A DNA stretch of 64,000 nt, taken from assembly GCA_050633305.1 (NCBI GenBank), contig JBOEGF010000018.1, positions 128,001 through 192,000 on the forward strand, written 5' to 3'. Shown here one piece after another: positions 27,607-37,163 of the stretch (position 1 is its first letter; every line of letters starts with the position of its first letter). The stretch comes from Nannocystales bacterium (lineage in GTDB: Bacteria; Myxococcota_A; Polyangia; Nannocystales; Nannocystaceae). The position numbers and the translations under genes were made by a program. The notes below the pieces were generated by a model. The model made no database searches, was not told the origin of the DNA, and saw only the letters and a program-made list of their open reading frames with translations.

Positions 27607-27689
27607 GGCACCAACTTATCAGCCGGGGCTGGGCGCGCAGGGGCTGGGGACGCATGCGGTCGCGGAGGGTAGTGAGGTACGCTCCGAGC

Positions 27690-28844
27690 ATGTTCACGAA
27701 GGCTCGTTGGTCGGTGCTCCTGCTCGTTGTTGGGTGTGGAGACGGCGAGGTGTCCAACACGATGGGTTGGGACCCTTCGGAGTCGGGGACGACGGGGGAG
27801 AGCGCAACATCCTCGCTCGACTCGATGGGGGACTCTACGGGCGAGGACAGTGCTCAGGGGACGACCGGGGACACGCTCGACCCGAGCGTCGGGGAGAGCT
27901 CGACCTCCGGTGAGCCCCCGGTGGACTGCACGCCCGCTTGGACTCCTGCATTCGTTGGCTCGCCGTGTGCGGGTGACGAGGACTGCGGTTTTGAGGGCGG
28001 ACGCTGCATCACCGAGGGGGAGGGATTCCCGTGCGGCACGTGCACCGTGGAGTGCGATGGCTTGTGTCCCGACCAAGACGGTGCGCCGGGGACGTTCTGC
28101 GTCGACACGGCCGACGTCGAGCTGACCGACTCCGGCGGGACATGTTTGTCGCGCTGCGAGCCATCGATCGTCGGCGGGAACGGCTGTCGTGATGGGTATG
28201 CATGCGCGGTCTTCGACCGGTTCGGAGAACCGCCGAGCAGCGCGGGGGTGTGTGTTCCGTCGGAACAGGCCGGAGGCGGCGCCAGCACGGCCTGCCAGGA
28301 GACGCTGCTCGAGTTGGGGGCTGTGTTCACACCGACCAGCCACGAGCCCGATTCGCCGGCAGGGCATCCGAGCCTGATCTGCGACATCGAGGATCCTGTG
28401 CTCCTGTATGGCCCGATCAATGGCGTGTCGCTGGAAGGCGGAACAGGCAGCGATGCGCCGGTTCTCGTCGGCTGCAACACCGCAGTGTCGATCGTGGGCT
28501 CCGCCGCGGTCGCCTCCATGCTGGGCGCGGAAACGATCATCCACTACGGGACGTACAACTGCCGGGTGATCTCGGGGACAAGCACGTTGTCCGAGCACGG
28601 TCACGCGCGCGCGATCGACATCGGGGGGTTCATCCTCGCAGACGGGACAACCGCTTCGGTGCTGGCCGATTGGGAGGATGGAGTGCCCGACCCGGTGACA
28701 CCGCTGGGGCAGATGCTGCGCGGTTTCACCGACCAGGTTTGGGGGATGGGGCTCTGGAACATCATCCTCACGCCGGAGTTCAACGCTGCGCACGAGGACC
28801 ACTTTCACGTGGACCTGACCCCGGGCGGGAACACGTACGACTGA
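27690..28844 (+). CDS. Cys-rich lipoprotein with extensin-like C-terminal domain
   Basis: Lipobox VVGC; GTYNCR, SEH..A.AIDI, HEDHFHVD. Confidence 0.85.
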   Translation: MFTKARWSVLLLVVGCGDGEVSNTMGWDPSESGTTGESATSSLDSMGDSTGEDSAQGTTGDTLDPSVGESSTSGEPPVDCTPAWTPAFVGSPCAGDEDCGFEGGRCITEGEGFPCGTCTVECDGLCPDQDGAPGTFCVDTADVELTDSGGTCLSRCEPSIVGGNGCRDGYACAVFDRFGEPPSSAGVCVPSEQAGGGASTACQETLLELGAVFTPTSHEPDSPAGHPSLICDIEDPVLLYGPINGVSLEGGTGSDAPVLVGCNTAVSIVGSAAVASMLGAETIIHYGTYNCRVISGTSTLSEHGHARAIDIGGFILADGTTASVLADWEDGVPDPVTPLGQMLRGFTDQVWGMGLWNIILTPEFNAAHEDHFHVDLTPGGNTYD

Positions 28845-28854
28845 TCAAACGCAA

Positions 28855-28886
28855 CGAACCGACTGCGAAACGACGCAGTCGGCTCG
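28855..28886. terminator. Hairpin between convergent genes
   Basis: CCGACTGCG-AAACGA-CGCAGTCGG core stem. Confidence 0.55.
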
Positions 28887-28901
28887 GAATGCAAATGCGC
28901 T

Positions 28902-29069
28902 CTAGCCGAAGAGGCCGCCGAGCTTGTCCTTGATTCCGTCGAGGGCGTCGCTACCGAGCAGCTCGGGGACCTTGTCTGCGTTGTCTTTGAGGAACTCGAT
29001 CACCTGCTTGGCTTGCTCCTCGCTGATGCCCACTTTTTCGGCCAGTTGCCCAATGAATTCGTCGATCAT
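28902..29069 (-). CDS. Small hypothetical protein (55 aa)
   Basis: GGAG RBS; MIDEFIGQLAEKVGISEEQAKQ...KLGGLFG amphipathic helical pattern. Confidence 0.7.
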   Translation of the reverse strand: MIDEFIGQLAEKVGISEEQAKQVIEFLKDNADKVPELLGSDALDGIKDKLGGLFG

Positions 29070-29261
29070 GTTTGGTTTCTCCGTTGGGGGTCCGGCCGAA
29101 ATGGCCAGCGAGAACCAAGAGTGCATATCCCGGGCCGGTTCGCAACGGATACCTCGTCTCTTGAGGTTTCATGGGCCCACGGGGGCTTGCCGCATTCCCG
29201 CAGTCCGCGGCTGCGTGCCCCACCGGGGCGTCGAGCCACACCCAGCCCGTATCATCGCCGC

Positions 29262-30854
29262 GTGCGCGCGTCCTCCTACAAGACCTCGTCCCTGGACGAT
29301 CGCTACGACGCGATCATCGTTGGGTCCGGCCTCGGCGGCCTGACCTCGGCCCTCCTGCTCGCACAGACCGGAAAGAAGGTGCTGGTGCTGGAGCGCCACT
29401 GGGTGCTCGGCGGGTTCACCCACGTGTTCAAGCGGAAGGACTGGGAGTGGGACGTCGGTGTCCACTACATCGGCGAGGTGCATCGCGAGCACAGCGTCTT
29501 GCGTCGCCTGTTCGACCATCTCACCGACGGTGAGTTGACCTGGGAGGACATGGGCGAGGTCTACGACCGGATCTGGTTCGGTGACACCGAGTACGCGCTG
29601 CGTAGCGGCGTCAAGAACTTCAAGGCCGACATGTGCGAGCGCTTTCCCGCGGAGAAGGATGCCATCGCGCGCTACCTAGACCTCGTGTTCGAGGTGTCGA
29701 AGGCCTCTCGTTCGTTCTATGCGGAGAAGGCCCTGGGGGACGTGACGGCCTTCTTGGGTGGACGTCTTCTGCGACGCAAATACATGAGCTTCGCGCGTCG
29801 GACCACCTACGACGTCCTTCGCGAGCTGACCGACGACGAGCGTCTGATCGGTGTGCTCACCGGACAGTACGGCGACTACGGTCTGCCGCCGCGCCAGAGC
29901 AGCTTTGCGATGCACGCCACGCTGGTGAAGCACTACTTTGCCGGCGGCGCATACCCCATCGGTGGCTCCGCTCGCATCGCCGAGACGTTCGTTCCACGTA
30001 TCGAGGCGTTGGGTGGCCAACTCGCCACACGGGCGGAGGTGTCCGAGATCGTCGTCGAGCATGGCAAAGCGGCGGGCGTGCGGATGGAAGATGGCCGGGT
30101 GATCCGCGCCGACCTCGTGATCAGCAACGCCGGGGTGCTCAATACGTTCGGTCGGCTCTTGGGTGACGTCGGGAAGGCGCGTATCGACGCCGCGGACAAG
30201 CTGTCGACACTACGCCCCTCTCTGGCCCACGCGAGTCTGTACATCGGCCTCGACGGAACTACCGAAGAACTCAACCTCCCGCGCGCCAACCACTGGGTCT
30301 ACCCCGACGACTACGACCATGACCGCACGATGGCTCGATTCGAGGCCGACGAGAATGCTCCGCTGCCGGTCGCGTACATCTCGTTTCCATCCGCGAAGGA
30401 CCCGACGCACGCGAAGAGGCATCCCGGAAAGTCGACGATCGAGATCGTGACCCTCATGCCGTGGTCGCGGGTCTCGAAGTGGGCGGACGAGCCGTGGAAG
30501 AGGCGCGGAGACGAGTACGAGGCTCTCAAGGCGAGGTGGTCAGACCGGATGCTGGAGAAACTCTATGAGCGTGAACCTCACCTCAAGGGCAAGATCGCGT
30601 TCCATGAGTTGAGCACACCGCTGAGCACGCAACACTTCACGGCGTACCAGCAGGGGGAAATCTACGGCCTCTCCCATGATCCGAACCGGTTCGAGCAGCG
30701 GTTCTTGCGTCCTCAAACGCCGGTCGATGGGCTCTATCTGACCGGCCAAGATGTCTGCACGTGCGGCGTCGGCGGGGCGCTCGTCTCGGGCTTCCTTACG
30801 GCATCCGCGATCACCCGCAGCAACCTTCTGATGGACGTGCTGCGCGCGAAATAG
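29262..30854 (+). CDS. Phytoene desaturase/retinol saturase-like FAD oxidoreductase
   Basis: DAIIVGSGLGG, WDVGVHYIG, ELSTPLS, GLYLTGQD. Confidence 0.9.
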   Translation: MRASSYKTSSLDDRYDAIIVGSGLGGLTSALLLAQTGKKVLVLERHWVLGGFTHVFKRKDWEWDVGVHYIGEVHREHSVLRRLFDHLTDGELTWEDMGEVYDRIWFGDTEYALRSGVKNFKADMCERFPAEKDAIARYLDLVFEVSKASRSFYAEKALGDVTAFLGGRLLRRKYMSFARRTTYDVLRELTDDERLIGVLTGQYGDYGLPPRQSSFAMHATLVKHYFAGGAYPIGGSARIAETFVPRIEALGGQLATRAEVSEIVVEHGKAAGVRMEDGRVIRADLVISNAGVLNTFGRLLGDVGKARIDAADKLSTLRPSLAHASLYIGLDGTTEELNLPRANHWVYPDDYDHDRTMARFEADENAPLPVAYISFPSAKDPTHAKRHPGKSTIEIVTLMPWSRVSKWADEPWKRRGDEYEALKARWSDRMLEKLYEREPHLKGKIAFHELSTPLSTQHFTAYQQGEIYGLSHDPNRFEQRFLRPQTPVDGLYLTGQDVCTCGVGGALVSGFLTASAITRSNLLMDVLRAK

Positions 30855-30872
30855 GCGGCTCGAGCACCCGGG

Positions 30873-32249
30873 TCAGGTGTCTCGGGTGAGACCGTGGCGG
30901 GTCAGCTTGCGGTAGAGCGTGGCCCGCCCGATTCCGAGTCGGCGCGCTGCGGCGGTGAGGTTTCCGCTGCAGGCGTCCAGGGCCTCGACCAGGGCGCGGC
31001 GTTCGGCATCCGCCATCGTGGTGCCTTCGACCGGGGCCGGAGGAGGGGCGGGGGCAGGTGGCTCTGAGGGAGCCACCGCTGCTGGTCCCGCCGCGTTGCG
31101 GAGTCCAAGCGTTGCTGCGCTCAGCGTGGCACCCCGGTGAGCGACGACGCTTCGGTGGGCGACGTTGGCCAGCTCGCGCACATTGCCGGGCCACGGGTGC
31201 TGCCTCAGCGCGGGCCAAACATCGTCGAGGATCTCCGGCGGCGTGCACCCCATCGCCGACGCGTGATGGGCAACGAAGTGCTCGAACAGGGCGCGGATGT
31301 CGTTTGGGTGTCCGCGAAGCGCCGGGACTTCGATGGGGTAGATCATCAAGCGGTAGTAAAGGTCCTGCCGGAACTCCTGGCTGGCGACCATCTGCTCGAG
31401 GTCGCGGTGGGTGGCGGAAAGCACCCGGACGTTGATCGGCACCGGTTCCGCGGCGCCGACGGGTTCAACGGTCCGCTCTTGCAGGACGCGCAGAAGCCGA
31501 ACCTGAGCCGAGGGCGAGAGCTCGGCAACCTCATCGAGGAGCAAGGTGCCTCCGTCGGCAAGTTGGAACTTGCCCTTGCGTGCGTGGGTCGCCCCCGTGA
31601 ACGCGCCTTTTTCGTGCCCGAACAAGACACTCTCCTGGAGTGCTTCGGGGATGGCCCCGCAGTTCAACGCGATGAAAGGACCGTCGGCCCGGTTGCTGGA
31701 CGCGTGAATCGAACGGGCGACCAGTTCTTTGCCCGTTCCGCTCTCTCCGTGGATGAACACGGTGATGTCCGTGTCCGCCACCTTCCCAATCTCTGTGCGA
31801 ACGGCCTCCATCACGGCCGACTCGCCGAGGAACAGCGGCAGTTCTGCCCGGGTGCGGTCTGGGGCTTGAGCCACGGCGAGCTCTGGGCGCAGCGCTGCCT
31901 CCACCACGCGCAGGAACCCCTCCTTGTGGATCGGCTTCACCACGAAGTCGAACGCACCGAGCTTCATGCATTCCACCGCAGTGTTCACCGCGTCATCGGC
32001 GGTGAAGACGACGATGCGGCATGGGACGCCGCGAGCGCGGAGCGTGCGGAGCACTGCGAGTCCGTCGGGGTCCGGCATGTTGAGGTCGAGGCAGACCAAT
32101 GCCGGATGTGGGCCTCCGTGGTCGAGGTAGGCCTGTCCGCATCCGAACCCGTCCACGGCGTAGCCTGCCGATGCAAGCCAGGCACCCAGCAGGAGTCGGA
32201 TTTCGGTGTCGTCGTCGACGACGTGGATGCGAGGCACGGCTGGAGGCAT
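30873..32249 (-). CDS. Sigma-54-dependent response regulator (NtrC family)
   Basis: Receiver (VVDDD, LDLNMP), GESGTGKE, GAFTGA, WPGNVREL, Fis-type HTH. Confidence 0.95.
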   Translation of the reverse strand: MPPAVPRIHVVDDDTEIRLLLGAWLASAGYAVDGFGCGQAYLDHGGPHPALVCLDLNMPDPDGLAVLRTLRARGVPCRIVVFTADDAVNTAVECMKLGAFDFVVKPIHKEGFLRVVEAALRPELAVAQAPDRTRAELPLFLGESAVMEAVRTEIGKVADTDITVFIHGESGTGKELVARSIHASSNRADGPFIALNCGAIPEALQESVLFGHEKGAFTGATHARKGKFQLADGGTLLLDEVAELSPSAQVRLLRVLQERTVEPVGAAEPVPINVRVLSATHRDLEQMVASQEFRQDLYYRLMIYPIEVPALRGHPNDIRALFEHFVAHHASAMGCTPPEILDDVWPALRQHPWPGNVRELANVAHRSVVAHRGATLSAATLGLRNAAGPAAVAPSEPPAPAPPPAPVEGTTMADAERRALVEALDACSGNLTAAARRLGIGRATLYRKLTRHGLTRDT

Positions 32250-32375
32250 GCGGACTCGACGGATCTATGCAGCCGGGGCTCTCACCGGGCCAGCACCGGG
32301 GGGGGTTGTGGATGTCCCGAGTTGGACCCCCGCGCAGCTCAGGTTCTCGGCTCGGGGGGCGATGATGTCGATCGG

Positions 32376-33071
32376 ATGTCTGGATCTGCGCTACAGCTGC
32401 TGCTCGTCGACGACGACGTGTCATCGCGGGTCTTGTTGGTCCAGGTCCTCTCGAGTTGGGGCTACAACGTGACCGAGGCGAGCAGCGGTGCTGAAGCGCT
32501 CAGATTGTTGCGAGAGTACGAGTTCGACGCGCTTCTGACGGACCTCGAGATGCCGATCATCACGGGCTTCGTCTTGGTCCGGCAGATTCGGGCCCGAGAA
32601 GAACGACTTGGGACTCGTCGGATGCCGACGATGGCGATCTCCGGCCACGCGACCCTCGCAGCTCGGCGTGAATGCTTGCGGGTGGGGTTCGATCGCGTTC
32701 TTTGCAAGCCGTTCGATTGGGACACCGTTCGAGAGGCGCTGCGGGAGCTTGTTGCCCGGGGACGGACGGTGGTCGTTCAGCGGCCGTTGGACGTGTCGTC
32801 TGAGGTCCGCTCGCTCCTCCCGTCGTTCTTCTCGGCGCGGCAGGAGGACTACTCCAGGATGCGTGCTGCGCTCTCGGAGCGAGAGTTCGACGAGATCGGC
32901 CGGCTCGGGCACCGACTCAAGGGCTCGGGCGGCAGCTTTGGATTCCCCGAGTTGAGTACGATCGGCGAACTGCTCGAGACGGCTGCGAGAGCCGGTGACG
33001 CTGGGGGCTGCGCGGAGGCCTTGGAAGCGCTGGGCGCAACGCTTCGCGAGGCCGTCTCTCGGGCCGCCTGA
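32376..33071 (+). CDS. Response regulator receiver + Hpt domain protein
   Basis: LLVDDD, TDLEMP, KP; Hpt motif HRLKGSGG. Confidence 0.88.
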   Translation: MSGSALQLLLVDDDVSSRVLLVQVLSSWGYNVTEASSGAEALRLLREYEFDALLTDLEMPIITGFVLVRQIRAREERLGTRRMPTMAISGHATLAARRECLRVGFDRVLCKPFDWDTVREALRELVARGRTVVVQRPLDVSSEVRSLLPSFFSARQEDYSRMRAALSEREFDEIGRLGHRLKGSGGSFGFPELSTIGELLETAARAGDAGGCAEALEALGATLREAVSRAA

Positions 33072-33444
33072 CTACGCTCCGCATGCCGCCTGAATGACCT
33101 CGGTTCCCGTCGGAAGGGAGCCTCGAACGCGGACGCGCAGATGGATCCGTTGTGTGGCGTGTCCGAACCGAGGGCAGATGTCCTCTTCGGTGTGCGCGAT
33201 CGAGAGCACGACGATGGAGTCTGGACTTCCCTCCCTGGACTCGCCAACTCTGTCGTAGGTCGGTGCGTCGTTGAGACCGTCTCCGTCGTTGAGGGCCACG
33301 ACGACGAAGCATGCCGTCGAAGGCAACGGTCAGACCTCGTGCTGGTTGCGGCGCCGTGGGCGGTTCGGCGTCTCGGTCTGTGATCTGGCGTTTCTCGGCC
33401 TGATCACGTGCCCGAGATGGCCGAGCGCGGTACCATCAAGAGGC

Positions 33445-34107
33445 GTGTCCGGGGTGGCGATCGTGTCGGTAGCAGCGGTGTGTGCCGGATACTTGTGGCT
33501 GGAGCGCCACCAAGTCCGCCGCGCAGCACGGGTCCGAGGCGAGCAGCGGCGGCACGTGGGCGTCCTGCGATCCTGTGAACCAGGCGTCGCCGCGGACCCC
33601 CCCGCATCCAAGTCGCTGGAGCGATGCATCGAAGACGCGGTGCGCTCGGCCGACTTCGCGTGCGCGTATCACCAACGGCTCTTCCTTCGTGGGGCCTCCG
33701 GAGAGTCTCCGTTTCAGTTGCGTCGGGCTCGCGTCGATGCTGCCCAACGTCGTTTTGCTCAGGCCTCGTTGCGTCTAGAAGAACAAGCCGGTCAGTGGCT
33801 ATCGTCGGCCGAGTCGGATCCGTCGATCGACGCGCAGGCGAAGCTCGCGGTCGCCCGCATGCACGACTGGCTGGGCGAGCACCCGGTGTCCAAGCGGTTC
33901 CCTGTCGGTGACGACCAACCCGTGACGGCGTCGGTCGACGTGTTCGAGAATGCGTTGGCCAACCTGCGGCAACGACGGGGACGAGGCTCCGGGGCAGATC
34001 CCTTTCGTCATGCCGTCGGTGCGGCCGCGAGACAGGATGTCACGCCGACATCCGAACGCGTGCCGCCGCGGCACGACGCCGGGTTGTTGCCCGCGACGCA
34101 TCGCTGA
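33445..34107 (+). CDS. Hypothetical protein with N-terminal hydrophobic segment
   Basis: Open frame filling the gap; start uncertain. Confidence 0.4.
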   Translation: MSGVAIVSVAAVCAGYLWLERHQVRRAARVRGEQRRHVGVLRSCEPGVAADPPASKSLERCIEDAVRSADFACAYHQRLFLRGASGESPFQLRRARVDAAQRRFAQASLRLEEQAGQWLSSAESDPSIDAQAKLAVARMHDWLGEHPVSKRFPVGDDQPVTASVDVFENALANLRQRRGRGSGADPFRHAVGAAARQDVTPTSERVPPRHDAGLLPATHR

Positions 34108-34126
34108 AACCATGGCGACACAGGAC

Positions 34127-34141
34127 TGGCACGTCGCTTGC
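34127..34141 (+). promoter_or_regulatory. Sigma-54 -24/-12 promoter motif
   Basis: TGGCAC-GTCGC-TTGC, intergenic, 13 nt upstream of the ATG at 34155. Confidence 0.6.
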
Positions 34142-34154
34142 GACGTGCCTCGGT

Positions 34155-34595
34155 ATGCAGGCGTCCCCCTGGTTCCTCGAAGTGGTTGGTCGCGCGCCTC
34201 GTTGGCATCGCACCGCCTGGCTCGTCGGGTTGTTGGCCCTGTCGCTCGGTCTGGGCTTGGCCCTCGCCATCTGCGCGGGGGACGGTTGTGTCGACCGCCG
34301 TGACCGGACAGGGCGCGTGCTGACCCATCTTCGACAGAGTATCCAGATGGCGCGGTTGGGAGCCGGACCCCACGCGGGCTGCCCGGAAGCGCTTGCTGCG
34401 GCCACGCTCGGAGGCGTTCTCGAGCACGCGATCGACGGCTGGGATCGACCGGTACAGATCCGGTGTTACGGGGACACGTTGGTCCTCCGATCCAAGGCAC
34501 ACGACGTCGAAAACCCCTTCGACGACGTCGTGCTGGTGGCCCCGATGGCCGCCCAGACCAGCCGCGAGATCAGTCTCACGGAGGGGCTGCGCTAG
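34155..34595 (+). CDS. Membrane-anchored protein with GspG/pseudopilin-like C-terminus
   Basis: TM helix; GCP..L, IDGWDRP..I.C, LRS..D....DD resemble the T2SG C-terminal pattern. Confidence 0.5.
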   Translation: MQASPWFLEVVGRAPRWHRTAWLVGLLALSLGLGLALAICAGDGCVDRRDRTGRVLTHLRQSIQMARLGAGPHAGCPEALAAATLGGVLEHAIDGWDRPVQIRCYGDTLVLRSKAHDVENPFDDVVLVAPMAAQTSREISLTEGLR

Positions 34596-34679
34596 TTGCG
34601 CGAAGAAATGCCTTGTGACTCGCTGCAGGTGTGGGCAGGATGTCGCGCGCCTGAATAGTGTTTTTGGGCCAGCCTGACT

Positions 34680-34898
34680 ATGGGAAACGAGGACGCAATT
34701 GAGTTCGACGGTGTGATCAGAGAGGTCCTCAGCGGAGGAACTTTCAAAGTGGATGTGGGCGAAGGCCACACCGTGATCGCCAAGCTTTCAGGACGCATGC
34801 GTCGTCACCGGATCCGCGTCGTGCTGGGCGACCGGGTCAAAGTTGAGGTGTCGCCGTACGACCCGACTCGTGGTCGTGTGACCTACCGTCAGCGCTAG
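34680..34898 (+). CDS. infA: Translation initiation factor IF-1
   Basis: 72 aa; SGRMRRHRIRVVLGDRVKVEVSPYDPTRGRVTYR. Confidence 0.97.
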   Translation: MGNEDAIEFDGVIREVLSGGTFKVDVGEGHTVIAKLSGRMRRHRIRVVLGDRVKVEVSPYDPTRGRVTYRQR

Positions 34899-35020
34899 AC
34901 ATCCGCGCGCCACACGGACGGTCGGCGCGCAAACCGGCGCACGAGTTTGGTGTGCAACCAGAGGGCGGGGTATCGCGGTTCGCGAGCCCCGCCGCTGCTT
35001 TGTGCGACACTTCTCGTCCC

Positions 35021-35635
35021 ATGCGAGCCGCCCTAGGCCCTCTCCAGACGCAAGCTCTTCAGACGATGCGTGAAGTCCTCTCGGACGAGTTCCGCACGCT
35101 TGAAGTTCGCCGCTATGCCATCGATGAGGACTTCGGGGACGGACACTGCACCATCCGGTGCGAAGCCGTGGAGAGTCCGGGTCAGCGAGAGATCGAAGTC
35201 AACGGCAAGGGCGTCGGCATGCTCGACGCCTTCTTCTCGGGGCTTCGAGAGCGCTACCAGGGCGAGTTCCCTTCGCTTGCTTCGATCCGCTTTTCCAGCT
35301 TCTCCGTCCGGGGCCTGATGGGCGACGCGCACGCCGAGCAGGCCACCGATGCTCAGGCCGAAGCGACCGTTGGCGTGACGAACTCATCCAACCGCGAGTT
35401 CCACTTCACGACCCTGTCTCCTTCGGTCAGCCACTCGTCCATCGAGGCGGTGTTGGCGGCCGTGGAGTACTTCGTGAACTCCGAGCAGGCGTACGTCCGT
35501 ATCTACAAGGCACTTCAACACCATCGCACCAGCGGCCGACCCGAGATGGTCGCCCGCTACACCGAGTTGTTGGCCGAGATGGTGCGCAACACCTCGTACT
35601 CCTCCGCGGTCGAGCGCCTTCAGGCGCAGGAATAG
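35021..35635 (+). CDS. Stand-alone LeuA regulatory (dimerisation)-like domain protein
   Basis: GKGVGMLDAF..GL, FSVRGL, AEATVGV, SIEAVLAAV pattern. Confidence 0.55.
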   Translation: MRAALGPLQTQALQTMREVLSDEFRTLEVRRYAIDEDFGDGHCTIRCEAVESPGQREIEVNGKGVGMLDAFFSGLRERYQGEFPSLASIRFSSFSVRGLMGDAHAEQATDAQAEATVGVTNSSNREFHFTTLSPSVSHSSIEAVLAAVEYFVNSEQAYVRIYKALQHHRTSGRPEMVARYTELLAEMVRNTSYSSAVERLQAQE

Positions 35636-35644
35636 ACGTAGGCG

Positions 35645-37117
35645 TCAGCCGACCGGGGGCGGTGCGTCGTAGGGAACCTGGCACACGCCGATCTCGAGGA
35701 TCAGGTACAGCAGCACCAGCTCCTGCGGGGTCAGACCGACGTAGGAGTCGGAAAACTCGGCCATGTGATAGGTGGTGAACAACACCTTCCCACACCCGTA
35801 CTCACCCGTGACGGTGAGCGGGTGGTTGCCGCTGGGGATGATGTTGCTGTCGCCGGGCCCTTCGATCCAGACCTTGTGGCCCACGTCGATCTGCCCGCCC
35901 ATGCCATCGTCGACCAGCACCGACGGCGTGGACGCGATGCCCGACCAGTTGTCGACCGTCTCAATCGTGGGCGGGGCGTTGACGGCGGGGAAGGACGCGC
36001 CTGCGCCGTTGAGAGGGTTGATGTCCTTGAGACCGGGCGGCAACGCGTCGAGCCACGCGGTGAGGTCATCATCGAGCACCGTCGCGGTGGAGCTGTAGGG
36101 GTCGGGCAGGTCGGCAGTTCCGCCGTCGGTGTAGAAGGTTTGGTACTGTCCGAACACGCGCCCGATGAACTCGTTGGACCAGTCCGAGGCGTAGAACTTG
36201 CCGCCGTTGTCGACCCATCGCCGGATGTTCTCGATGACTGCGGGGTCGTTCAACGCCGACAGCGCCGTGTCGTCGGAGCAGGGCACGAAGATGATGTGGT
36301 ACTGCTCCATCAGCGTGTAGCTGCCCAGCAGCTGCGCGAAGGAGCCCAGAGAGGTGGTCTCGGGTCCCCCACCGAAGATGTCGGTGGTGTTGGACCACAC
36401 GTCGAACTGCTCGGTCCCGGGGACGAAGTCCTGCTGGAAGTCTTCGATGATCGTGTCCGCGAGGCCGAGCTTACCCAGCGCGTCCTCGAGGCGGTCGTAC
36501 GAGCCCCAGGCGAGCGCGATGCGAGGGATGTAGCGGCCGTCGGTGGGAACGTTTTCGTCGGGGAGGCTCGTGAGCTCTGGGCCGAACTCGGTAGGGCCAG
36601 GCTCAACGGTCAACTCCGTAACCCGCATGAACTGCCCCTTGCGCACCACGAGGTGGGTGCCCCCGCTGTACGCGGGCAGCTCGAAGCTTCCGTCGGCCTC
36701 CGTGAGAACGAACGGGATGTCACACGGAAGCTCGACGCACTCCGCACAGTAGACCGTTTGAGGGATGCCGTCGGGGGGTTCGTCGGTCAGGTAGACCAGC
36801 GCACCGCTGACTGGGATCTCCTGGTTGGGCGCGTAGACGATTCCCGTGAGCGTCGCGTCTGTCCCTGGCAGCGGAGGACAGGTCCCGTCGGGCCCATCAG
36901 GGTCCATTCCTGTCTCTGGCGCGCCGACATCGAGCTTGACGTCGTCCGTGTCGACGCTGCCCTCGCTCGTCGTGTCGCCGTCGTCTTGGTCGGTGTCCTG
37001 ACCCTGCGTGATCGTTGTCGGGAGGTCCGCGGTTCCGATGCCGTCCTCCTCACGCGCAGGGTCGCCGCACGCGGCTGCCAAACCAAGTCCCAATACCAGT
37101 GCCCAAACTTGTCGCAT
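35645..37117 (-). CDS. Lipoprotein with carboxypeptidase-regulatory-like domain
   Basis: Lipobox AAAC; LTGIVYAPN..P..GALVY, T.ADGSF.L, G.GKVLFTTYH. Confidence 0.75.
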   Translation of the reverse strand: MRQVWALVLGLGLAAACGDPAREEDGIGTADLPTTITQGQDTDQDDGDTTSEGSVDTDDVKLDVGAPETGMDPDGPDGTCPPLPGTDATLTGIVYAPNQEIPVSGALVYLTDEPPDGIPQTVYCAECVELPCDIPFVLTEADGSFELPAYSGGTHLVVRKGQFMRVTELTVEPGPTEFGPELTSLPDENVPTDGRYIPRIALAWGSYDRLEDALGKLGLADTIIEDFQQDFVPGTEQFDVWSNTTDIFGGGPETTSLGSFAQLLGSYTLMEQYHIIFVPCSDDTALSALNDPAVIENIRRWVDNGGKFYASDWSNEFIGRVFGQYQTFYTDGGTADLPDPYSSTATVLDDDLTAWLDALPPGLKDINPLNGAGASFPAVNAPPTIETVDNWSGIASTPSVLVDDGMGGQIDVGHKVWIEGPGDSNIIPSGNHPLTVTGEYGCGKVLFTTYHMAEFSDSYVGLTPQELVLLYLILEIGVCQVPYDAPPPVG

Positions 37118-37163
37118 CGCCCGATCCAATCCTTCCGGGCACTGTACCTCGTCTTGTGCGGGT

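Noticed and set aside
33072..33383. Competing small ORFs on both strands
   Set aside because: No recognisable motif or RBS, so I cannot choose between them.
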